Part shown: in pieces, positions 38,961 to 52,512 of the stretch
Position numbering within the stretch: the first letter of the stretch is position 1
Layout: the number at the start of each line of letters is the position of its first letter
Assembly (NCBI GenBank): GCA_047495785.1
Contig: JBLDXI010000013.1
Span: 2,294,001-2,358,000, forward strand
Length of the DNA stretch: 64,000 nucleotides
Reading direction: 5' to 3'
From: Lepidodermella squamata
Lineage: Eukaryota; Animalia; Gastrotricha
Program-made: the position numbers and the translations under genes
The notes under the pieces: generated by a model
Databases searched by the model: none
What the model saw: only the letters and a program-made list of their open reading frames with translations
What the model was told of the DNA's origin: nothing

Positions 38961-40732
38961 AGGACCTACGGTAGTAATCGCGATTGTAGACTATGAAGTC
39001 GTGGCTCTTTAGTAGAACACCTCTTTCGAAATGTGCCTTGCCGACGAGGCGACGCTCGCCTTATAAAGGCCCGGGCAGCCAGTGGCGATGCAGCCTAGAA
39101 GCCGAGGGACACTCATCGCCGGGGTAAACACAACGCCGGCCATCACGTCGGCACTTACGATAATGCTCGTTCCAGGGGCGATTTTAGCATCATTATGACC
39201 GGTAATAACAATAAAACGCAGCGCCAAAAATGCGTGGGCTCGCAGAAAACTACGCGGCGATCACAGCTCAAGGTGGCTGAGCGATAAAAATGACATGAAC
39301 ACGACACTGTCAACTTTATGCTCGGCGCCATTAAATATCATAATCCTCGACATCTCAGAATCGTCGAGTGTTTTTTTTTAAGGCGTCGAGTGAATAATAA
39401 AACTGATGTTCATACACTCAATGCAGGATTAATTACCTTATTTTCGCCTTATTTTTGCATGCCGATTCCGAAAGAGCATTAGACGCGTCAAATTTCACGA
39501 AACCTGGCTAAACGACATAACTAGACGACATGAATAACCCAATGAGTTGTAGTAACGTGACGCCCACGTGGCACGACAGCTGGCCATAAGTTAGCCAGGG
39601 GTCATTTCGACCTTGGGTTCGACAGTTAGATGCTTAACTTAGGGAGCTAACTTTCTGGTAGAATTACTCTGAAACGAATTCTGAAATAATTCATGCGAAA
39701 AATAGGGAATTCTTGGAATTTCAAATTTTCGAAACCCTGGATGGAATTATTTGTATACAACTCATCGTTTTTGAAAATCTGGTTTCATCTTGATACTATA
39801 AAGGCCACCAAATTTAAGAGGACATTTCTTGGATTTTTCCAAAATTTAAAGCCTGAAGAACTGGTTGAGTGCGAAAAGAGCAAGCGAAATAAGAGCTATG
39901 AGCATAGATCACTCCGTTTTCTAGGGCAATGAGATATGAGGAAGTGAAATAAGAGCAAAACGACGAAAGAGCAATTATTATTAAGGACTTGCTTTTTCCT
40001 TAAAACAGACAAGTGATTCTCGGCCCATTAAGTAGCTCGAATTGCTGTTTAACCGCTCCGCTTATCACTTGATTGTGATGAGGAAAAAATATGGCCGCGT
40101 GCCACTATTTTTTCTTGATTTATCATTAATAATTGCTCTTTTGTCGTTCTGCTGCTCTCAAATCGTTGCTCTCTCCACGTTTTGCTCTTATTTCACTTGC
40201 TCTTTTCGCACACAAACGATGGATCGATTTTATTCTTGCTGTTTGCGGATAAGATCAAATTTTTCAACCAATTTCGATCAACTGATTTTGGAAATTTCAT
40301 TCCATTTTTTGTTTCGAAAAATGTCCAGATGACGCCATTAGCCATTTTTTGCAGTCTGTTTGATCATTTGTTTCAAAGACTCCAAGAATCAAAAAGATGC
40401 ATTCAGCTGGCAAATAATTATCTCATAAGAAAGCATACACCGGGAGCGTATTCAAAAAAACGCTTCATTTATATTATATTATTATGTTTTATTACCTTCA
40501 ATAATTTATTCCCACAGAATATTTCAATAGTAAATAATTACGAGTACACCTGGAAAGTATCTACATATAACGGGACATTGACAATCAAAAAAAGAATAAG
40601 AGACTAGAAATACGCAGCACCCTAAAACCTGCCCACCAATTTGAAGAATGAAGCAATCAACAACCTAAATATCATTTTTTTCTTGCACTTTATCGTCAAT
40701 TTTTGCACATTTCAAAGGAAGTAATGTTTTTT

Positions 40733-43700
40733 TCACTTGAGCAAATGGCGGACGCGATCCAGCGAGCCGTCGCTGGGCGGCGCCTTGATGCCGGCAGAGT
40801 GGCAGCACAGCACCGAAATATCAACCTGGTCAATCGGCTGGTCGGCCGGCAGCTCGAGACCCTGCTTGAACGCCGGGCCTGTCGCGATGAAAAACGGCCA
40901 CATGGTCGGCAGGTCGAAGTCATAGCCATGCATGCCCTTCAACGGAAACTCGACGCCGTCACCCAGCGGCGCCCTTAACAAAAAGGCGCCCTCGTCCGGA
41001 ATCGCAATGATAGGCCCGATTCGCCAGTGATTCGCGAAATGATGCGTCGAAGCTTTCGCTAGCAATTCTTCTTTCTTGTACACACGAATATTCGGCATTT
41101 TGCTGAGTTTTTCGTACAGAAAATCGACTGAGCAATTCATTGGCCAGAAAAACGGGTCTTTCTTAACGTAGTACTCCTTGGACACGTAATCTTCGACGTA
41201 GGTGAATTTCGAGTAGTCGATATCGACATGGCCGTGGTCGGAGGTCAGCACCAAATTGACACGGGACCAAACGCCGGCCTCTTCCAATTTTTGCTTTAGA
41301 AGGCCCATCGCAGCATCGACGGCTGAAAAAAATGAAAAATTAATTAAAATTGATAAATTGATAAAAAATTAAATTAAATTAATTCAAATTATTAAACAAA
41401 AAATTAAATTAATAAATTAAAAATTTCAAACAAATTTAAAAAAATTAATTTAAGCTTATATCAAATACCTTGAAGACATTTAAGAGTTTCCGGAGCTGTG
41501 ATGCCATGAACGTGTTCCGACGTGTCCAAATCGCCGATGTACATAGCGACGAAATTAGCCGGTTTTTCGGCTTTAGTCACCCAGCCGACAACAGTGGCGA
41601 TGCGGTCGTTGAGCGACAAATGCGCCGAGTTGTCGCAGTTAGCGTCCGACTGGTAGTGGGGCAGAATGCCGGAGAAGGGCATGTCGCCGAGAGGCCACGC
41701 GTATACGCCACTCGTGCCGCCCTGTTTCTGGTTGGCGGTCCAAACTGGCTCGGCGCCGGGTACGCGGCATCCGACGTTCCACCAACGCGCTGCTTTCACG
41801 GCGTTCAGATGGCATTCAGCTTCAGTAACGTGATCCCAGCTCTATTGTATAAAAATACAATTACACGAAGTTAAACTTGATGTTAAGCTAAAAGGGCAAT
41901 TTAAGTTATAAAAAAACAGAATTTGTTCATCTGACAAAATGATTCATTCAATCCGAAGAAGCAGACAATTGACCAGAATTTTCCGACATTAAATTAATCT
42001 CGGGAGAAAGTTTGCTCCAAAAATGGGAAATAAGATTGGTTCGAAATCGGCTTCCACGACATGGAATGATTTCACCAATAACAATTAGCTTCCGGGACCT
42101 TTCATGAACTAGGGACCCAGGTGTAAAAATTGCTTTGCTCCGGTTTTGCTCCATTCCTCACAGATAATTTGATCCACAAAGGACACCTTAAAGGGTCGCT
42201 TTCCGCTAGCTTTGATGTCTTCTGCTTGGGTGGATAGGATGAACATTGAGGCGAAACGAAGTAAATTTGCACCCATTTAAGCTTAAGAAAGATTCAGGCG
42301 GTTTGAAAATTGTCATTTTTTTGTCAATTCAGCGAACAATTTTTATAAAAATTTTGTTTTCGGAACTATTTATGATGAAAATGTCATCCCGTAGATTCAT
42401 GGAAGCCTTCTCAATGTTTTGGGCTTTTCAAAACTTTGCGATTTTTATATATCTGACGCGAACCGATCGATACCCAAGGTCATTGTTTTCAGAGGAATTA
42501 TTCAGTTGATAAAATGTTTGCGAAATTTTGAAATAAAGCATTTTTTGAGAAATTTAAGGTTTTGAAACTTGGAACCGGTTCCAGGGCTGGAACCCGTCAA
42601 ATTCAATGCAAATTATTACAATATTTCATTAGGACTGTTGATTCTATTGAGTAGCCTATATTTAGTTTGGAAACCTATTCATTTTCTCTCGAAACCAAGC
42701 TCTGTCATTTATTATTCATCGCTCAGCCATAAATTTGTTAACCAGCCAGCAGCAAGAGCCTGTCGCAGTTTTATCGCTACCGTACTTGAACTTGAATATA
42801 ATTACGCCGGTTTTGATTATTGACGCGATTGCTGCACAAATACACCATCTCATTTGCATTTTGCTCCGATGTGATTTATAACGAAGAATTCGACGAGTAG
42901 GCAAGTATTCAAAATCATCGTACGCATTCGGGTACGAAAAACATCGTGCTCAGCCGAGTACGACCGAGTAGTAATAATAATAATCATGTACTACGTATAT
43001 GGATCGTAAAATGTACGCATGTAAATGCGCGCGGAATCCAAAGCTTGCCCGTATACTATTATAGTACGAACTCGCCGCTTTTATATATAGTATTCGCATA
43101 TTACACATCGCATATAGACGTAAAAACTGTGTACTATCAATGCCGTACTGTTGAGTACGATAAGGCAAATACAACGGCGTACTGCACAGTTTGCTCTCAG
43201 TCGTACTTTTTGTTCATAAAAATATAAAAAACCGAGCTATATTTCTATTGCGATTGCCTTCTATACAATAAAAAAGCACCATGTCGTCGCCGAATACAAC
43301 GCCGAATGGAGAGCGTAAGAAATTTTCGCAAAAATCCACCTGAAAAAATAATTCGAAAAATCCTACTAGGTTTGTATACCCTCGAAGAAGCTGAGAAAAT
43401 TTTGAAAATGAGAAAGCATTCGAGTAAGCGACGAGATGCATCGTCCCGCCAGCCCCGTCAGCACAACAATCGCTTCGCCCCAACTAAACCGAACCCGCAA
43501 AAACACAAGGCCGGCTACCGGCTACGGTGCCAGCTATGCTATTCGTCATTTTGCCAACTCGGCGCTCTAAAACAGCACCTGGAAAAGTCATGTAAACGGC
43601 GCGAGAAGCCGCTAACAACCGATGAGGTCGAAGGTCACATTTTATGGGCGAAGGAACGAATCGCAGAGTTGAAACGGGAGAAAAGACTCGCGAAAAAAGG

Positions 43701-44032
43701 CGAAAAAGTCATTGATTTATCGAATAAGCAATAAAACAATTCCATTATTTTTTTAAATGTTGAAATTTTTAAACACTAACCGTCCAGCAATCGTCCATTT
43801 CCGAGTCGAACATGCAGTTGGAGACAAAACCGTGATTTTCAGCGTAAAGGCCCGTCGCGATTGAAACATGATTAGGCAGCGTTAGGGTGTTGAATTGTGG
43901 AATCACGTGACGAGCTCGAACGCCACCCTTCGACAACGCGATCAAGTTCGGAATTAGGTATCGCTCGTAAAATACGTCAAAATCAGCCCGCAAACCGTCG
44001 ATCGATATCAAAATAGTGATCGAATTAGCCAT
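40733..44032 (-). CDS. ENPP/type I phosphodiesterase-nucleotide pyrophosphatase 2, no signal peptide (exons 44032-43781, 41841-41469, 41322-40733)
   Basis: ISIDGLR, TLTLPNH.SIATGLYAENHG, EPVW, DLDTSEH, TSDHG, GMHGYD, FIATGPAFK; all junctions in frame. Confidence 0.9.
42920..43230 (+). promoter_or_regulatory. Putative promoter of the nested gene: GTAC motif cluster plus TATA box
   Basis: 11 GTAC cores in 42920-43206 and TATAAAAA at 43223, about 58 bp before the ATG at 43281. Confidence 0.5.
43281..43734 (+). CDS. Small basic single zinc-finger (C2HC-type) protein nested antisense in the ENPP intron
   Basis: MSSPNTTPNGE|R via a 55-bp intron (43315-43369, gtaag...ctag) into LYTLEEAEK...CQLC.SSFCQLGALKQHLEKSC; upstream TATA. 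Confidence 0.7.
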
Positions 44033-44088
44033 TTTTTTTCTTAGAAAAAACCTACGAAAAAAATCGGTTTTATAAATTTTTTCAGATC

Positions 44089-45117
44089 TCACTCGGCTGA
44101 GTTGTTTTTATCACAGACTAGAGAAAATTCACTCTCGATAAAATAATAGCCATCGCCGCGCATTTTCTTCGGCCACTGCATAGCGAGCAGCTGAAATCGA
44201 TTCCATTGTTGCTCGCCGAATGTGAATTCAGACAGATGCGCATGTGCAGTTCGATCGATTTTTCGAATAGCCTTATCTTTGCTGTTGCTTTTACGAAAAT
44301 TTTTACTCGTCAATTTCGCCAGCGTCACGTGCGGATGGAAATCACGGCGGCTTTGTTTTCGCTTCTTCGGCTCCGGCTCGTCTTCAATCAACGCAGCTGG
44401 GCAGGCCGCCTTAATGCAATCGATCGCTGCTGCTGTAACTCGAATTAGCGCATCTCTGCCGGCATTTTGGTGAAAATCAGCGTAAATTACGCTGTCTCGA
44501 AAATGGCCCACGCCGTGAAGGCGTAGATTAGCCGGCGGTTCGTTGCCTAAAAGCGACGGCCAATCGTGAGAATTCAAGCAATTTTTCACAGATTCGACGT
44601 CTTCCGGCTTTGGCAGGTAGAGAACGCATAGAGTTACGTGAAGTTTCGACGCTGGAATCAACGCGCTTTGAATCTGAGGCAAACGTTCGATGATTTCACC
44701 TTGAGCCCGCGCTGTCGCCTCGGCGATTTCACTCGAATCGATTCGGACGGCGAGAAAATGAGTTGGCCGTGGTTTTTGAGGTTTTGAGAACTTCAATTGT
44801 TTGCGGTCAACCTTTTGATAAGATTTAAAGCCGCCCCCTGGCTTTTGGTCTCCCGAGGCGAAGAGATAAGATCCAGAAAATAGCGAGTCCAAGTTCCATG
44901 TTGAGTCGCTTTGAGAGGATGAAGGTCCTTGTTCGATCAGGACTTCATCACATGAAATTAGGGTGGATGGGCCGGCTGAATCAGCGAATTTTGGATGAAT
45001 ATTTCCTCAGATGGAATTACTCATACCTTCGACTGTCACATCTCCGGTAGTTTCCAAAAGCGCCAGTCGCTCTTCAACTAGGCTGGTTTCGGGTGATGGG
45101 GTTCTACTACGCTTCAT
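44089..45117 (-). CDS. AKAP7-like 2H phosphoesterase (2',5'-phosphodiesterase family)
   Basis: PRPTHFLAVRI, LHVTL and FHPHVTL (both HxT motifs), GVGHFRDSVIYA, FGEQ...LLAM...DGYY. The first exon (45117-45027) joins via a 51-bp intron. Confidence 0.88.
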
Positions 45118-45254
45118 GTGTGGAAGCATAAAGCGAAAACCTCGAATAAACCACAACATCCATAAAATTCATCTAATTTTCGAAAAAATTTAATCAGCAA
45201 AAGGAAAAATCAAGCAAAAAATCAAATAATAAGACTGTTTCGCCGATAAAATAA

Positions 45255-47028
45255 TCAAACCAGCATTTGGTTGATTCGAGCTATGTCGCCGTTGCAAGGA
45301 GCCGGGCGCAAGTTAAGGCAGTGGCATAGCAACAAATAAATATCAGTCTGATCAACTTGATGCGAGATCTTTGAATTAGCTCGTTTGATAGCCGGGCCTG
45401 TTGCAATAAGCGGCGGTCGCATGGCCTGGCATTCAAATGGGTCGTAGCCGTGATTGCCACAGCCGTCCCATTTCAGGGATAACTCGTTTTCGCGAACTAG
45501 CCAAGCTCCAGGCTCCGAAACAACAACAATCGGCGCGATACGGCGATGCCCGGCGTAGTTGAATTTAGCCAACTCGTTCTTCCAATACACTTTCTGATGG
45601 GGGATAGCTTCGAGTTTTGCATGCAAAGCGTCGGCCGAGCCTGGAGAAAATCAATAAAAATTAAGGTGGATTGTGGAATTAATAATTAATCCCAATGAAA
45701 TAAAGCGCAAATACGACTGCAGTAAGGACGGCATGGGCGGCTTTAATACGATAACATGCGGTGGTGTGGTTTTGCTGCGCAAATAAAAGGCAGAAAAACA
45801 CGTCTCCTGACAATTATTCATTGAGATAAGGGCTTAAAAGATGAAAACATTTTGATCTGCCTTTCCTCAATGGAGCTCTAGCTACCGCAATGTGGGGTAA
45901 TTATAGACAGAATAACATTGGACACTTTGCAGGGTGCAAAGCTAGAAAATTGGAATTTACGCAAAAAATTTCGAACTCATCAGCTTTCGTTTGACGTAAA
46001 AATTAAGGCGGTCTGACCACAAATTATCTGCAGCTACACAAGAACATTCTACATGGCCGAAAATCAGGGAAAATGAAAAATTTCTAAAAAATCTGAATGA
46101 AATAGGGAATCATCTGTGCTTCTAATTTTCAGAATGAAAAGCTTATTTTTAACCTAAAAACGTGGATTTTTCCAAATTCACCCCTCGTTGCGATATTCGG
46201 ATAAAATAACTCACATCCAACTGGCCAAAAGTTCAAATCCTTTTGAACATAAAGGTGCTTATCGACATAGCGATCAATCGACATAATTCGCTTCACATCC
46301 ATGTCGATATGACCGTGATCCGAGGTGATAACCAAGTTTGTGACAGACCACAACTGCCTACGTTTGAGTTCTTCAACCAAATAACCAATAGCCCAGTCAA
46401 TGTTTTTCAAGACTTGCTTCGATTTCGCGCCGAAGGGCCCGTCGTAGTGTTCAATGTAGTCCAAATCTTGAAAGTATAGAACGCCGAAGTCGCAAGAATC
46501 GCTGTCATTTTGCGCATCAATCCATGACAGAAACGTGTCAACTCGATCTTTAATAGGCGTGTCGTACAAACCGTCGTTGATTACTAATTTAGTTTCTCGA
46601 TCAACGAGTCCGCAGGCTGCAGGCCACTCGTAGATGCCGACCTTGCCGCCGTTTTTCCTCACGGTTTGCCAAATCGGCTCGCCAGGGTAAGACAGACCGC
46701 TATGCCACCAGCGAGCAATTTTACCCGGCCTTTCGTGATCGTCCGATAACTTTTCATCGTGGTATCGCCAGCTCGACCAGAACTCATCCATTTCAGGGTC
46801 ATACATGCAATTCGCAACGAAACCGTGGTTTTCAGCATACAGCCCAGTAGCAATGGTCATGTGATTAGGCAGCGTGAGCGAGCAAAACTGGTTCATGACG
46901 TTAGGGGCGTAACACCCTTCATTTGCAACTGATTTCAAATTGTGAACGAGCTCATCTTCGTAGACGTCATAAAAATCCCCGCGCAGGCCATCGATAGACA
47001 CCAGGACAGTTCGCTGCTTTTTGGACAT
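45255..47028 (-). CDS. ENPP/type I phosphodiesterase-nucleotide pyrophosphatase 1, no signal peptide (exons 47028-46215, 45640-45255)
   Basis: MSKKQRTVLVSIDGLR, SLTLPNH, EPIW, DLDYIEH, TSDHG, GNHGYD, IATGPAIK. Confidence 0.9.
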
Positions 47029-47514
47029 TTAACACCCTGGTCTAAATTGATTATATCGATAAAAAGTCGTTATTCATGTCTAAACGTGCGAGTCGGGTTT
47101 ATTTTTCGACAATAAGTGAATACTCTTGCGGCACCACAATTCGTTTAAAGACGTGGCACTAAAGTGAATAGCACAAAGCGGTGTGTGAATATAAATAATA
47201 TTTGAAAAAAATCTCTGCCTGGACAATATATCTGGCGTTGGGTTGAAGATTTTATCTCGAGACTATCACGAAATTATCACTCACACACAGGGTGTAACCG
47301 GTTAGGATTAGACGTAGCTAATAAGGCTACAAATGACGAGACCGAAATTATAATTCAAAGAAGGGATAATCAGTGTTTTAACACAGAATGAAAAACTAAA
47401 GCATATGACGACATGCGCTAATACGCATATATTTCAACTTTAACAGTTCTTGATCGGCAGTCTTTCATTTTTTAGCGTCTTTAAAGTCGCTTGGAGGTTA
47501 TATTTGTTGAATAT

Positions 47515-49059
<1,545 letters not shown>

Positions 49060-49597
49060 ATTGGCTAATGTCACAAGGTATCGAGATAACTTAGAAATGC
49101 TTCTGAGTGTGTGCGTAGAAACGAAAAACCACGAAGACCAGCTGACTGACAGACGAAAAAGGAAAACTTCAAAACCTCAAAACAGACAAAAACAAATAAA
49201 AATAAATAATTCGTATTACAATGATCATTATTTGATTCTACTTGTTTATTGTCCCTTTGATAAATTTGGCCTTGACATGTTATGAATGGCGGGTCATTTG
49301 AAATGTTTTCAAATGATGTTTCAAATGAACCAGAATTGCAAGCGTTATGCTGAGGTGAACCATGTTTGTGGAAGTCTGCTACCTGGAACCAGGTGCGTGG
49401 CGTGTGACTCAATACTATATCTCTAAACTTCATGCCATTAGCGGTTTCATTAAATAGAAACACCGGTCACATTTCTACCCGTCACTCAAAGAATCTGGTC
49501 ACCAGTCTTGGGGCACTCTTATTTTGCCCGCTCAATGATGCGCGATCTATGCTTATCAAGCCTTGGTTGATTCCATTTTTGTTATGCTTAGGTTACC

Positions 49598-50378
49598 ATG
49601 GGAAAATCGTCACAAATGACTGTTATGGGAGTCCTGAGCATGATGTTCATGACAAGTCTTGCCGACACTATACTATATTGTAAGCTTTTTGTTCTAATTT
49701 GTCGTTTATGGCCTAGAGCATCTCGATTTTTCGCAGGTGATGACAACTGTCTACCTGCAAATCTGAAGCATGGTCAGTTATTTTGCGTGGTGGGCGATCC
49801 AGCTAAATTCACTCACTGCTCTCGGGGTCAGAGAAACGTTCGTCGGTGTGGTAAGACATTGTTTCTCTCGCGACTTGGCGATAAGAATTTCCGAAATAGG
49901 TAGCCCTCTTGCTTACGATATGAAGTTGAAATCTTGCAATTGGGCAGAAGACGTCGAAAAGCCATGTGTTTGCTCATATTACTCAAATATTTCAACCCCG
50001 ACTCCACCCAGCCGTTCTACCAAACTGTGGTCAATGTTATCAACTACATCGACACCGGCTAACATCGTGAGGACTATTCCCAAATTCAACCCTGCTGTTT
50101 TTATTTTTCCTCCGACGTACGAATCACTTATGTGCGCTTGCAGCAGTAACTCTTCACACCCAAGGTCCGCTCCAGGCAGAACAACACCTATGTTTTCATC
50201 CGTGAAATTAACTACACAAACCCCTCTGAAATGTCCTTGTCCTGCGAATAGCGATCAAATAATTAAAAGCCATACTAATTCGAGATTCATTCAGTCGGTT
50301 CGAAAGAATTCTTCGGCATCAAATTTCACCAAGAAATCATTTCGGCAGCCTCGCTCTGCGTCAGCAGGGCTAAGTTGA
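49598..50378 (+). CDS. Secreted CBM14/peritrophin-like protein with Ser/Thr/Pro tail (3 exons)
   Basis: Signal-like N-terminus; YC|DDNCLP...FCVVGDPAKFTHCS.G...RRC|GSPLAYD...CNW...PCVC. Confidence 0.7.
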
Positions 50379-50577
50379 CAGTTATGAAATGTTTTTTAAT
50401 GTCTCAAATCGTGGCACTTTTTGTGATTGAAATGCATATATTTGTTGTATTGTTATCTTCATTATTTACTCAAATCAGATCTCTCTTTGTGTGTTCTTTT
50501 CTTTTACAATTAATTCTTTGCAATGAAGCTCTAAAATGAAACTGATACCCTCGTTTTTAGACATTTATTCTAACAAA

Positions 50578-51055
50578 ATGATTCTCGCGTCAATTGTTGT
50601 CGTTTTTGTTGCTTGTTGTGCATTTAACCAAGTCGCGGCTGGCGTTTCATATTGTGAGTTAATACAATACTGTTTATAATTTAACATGCATTTGATAAAT
50701 TTACTTCGTGCTTTAGGTGACAACAACTGCCAACCGGCTGGTGCCAAACATGGAGGTTACTTTTGCGTGGAAGGAGACCCTCAAAGTTTCACGCAATGCT
50801 CTTTCGGAACACGATACGTAAAGAAATGCGGTGAGTTTTAACAATTTGCCCTTGTTATCTTTCTATTAATGATTTTCAGGTGCTGGCACGGTATGGGATT
50901 CTGGTATTAACAACTGCAATCATGCAGCTGCAGTTACTACGAAATGTTACTGTTCTGGAACTCTACCCGACCCACCACGTGCTACCACTACCAAGCGGCC
51001 CAAATGGCGTACTACCACGGCCGACATCAAGGATTACGACATAAATCTCCGCTAA
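50578..51055 (+). CDS. Small secreted CBM14/peritrophin-like protein (3 exons)
   Basis: MILASIVVVFVACCAFNQVAAGVSYC|DNNCQP...YFCVEGDPQSFTQCSFGTRYVKKC|GAGTVWDSGINNCNH...CYC...TAA. Confidence 0.8.
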
Positions 51056-51229
51056 TTTTTCATTCCACAGTGACTAATCAACTCGCATTTTTTGTTTTAT
51101 GGCTCAACTGAATGGTCTTTCCTCGCATCTTTGTTGATGATCGTTTTTTTTCATTTTACAACAATAAACTAACAACAACGGATTTCTGACTTGATTTTTA
51201 ACACATTTTTCTGTGTTTGGTAGTAATTT

Positions 51230-52141
<912 letters not shown>

Positions 52142-52512
52142 CGTATTCTCCGACAGAACATTAGGGGCCAAAATCGATTCGACGACAGGAACAAAAAATC
52201 GAAATTTCATTGTTTTGTTAAACCAAATCTCATCCATTATCGGCGTTGTTGATTGCTATATTATTAAAAGCTAAATTCATGCAACTCGACTTTTTTTATC
52301 GCGAACCCATGTTTTCATTGTCCTCACTAAGGTAGTGCTTTAAGGTCGATCGATAGGAGTGGGCGATGAGCAGCGTTCGTGTCTAATGGCGAGCAGCGCT
52401 TTGTTTCCCAAACACATCAAACATTCTAAGCGAAAATCAGCAGCAAAATTTTAACATTTCTAATCGTTTCAAAAAATATTTGAAGGTGACAGCACGCAGC
52501 AGTTTCATCTAA

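Noticed and set aside
39693-40607. Several AT-rich ORFs
   Set aside because: Phe/Leu/Ile-rich translations typical of non-coding DNA; no splice-consistent model.
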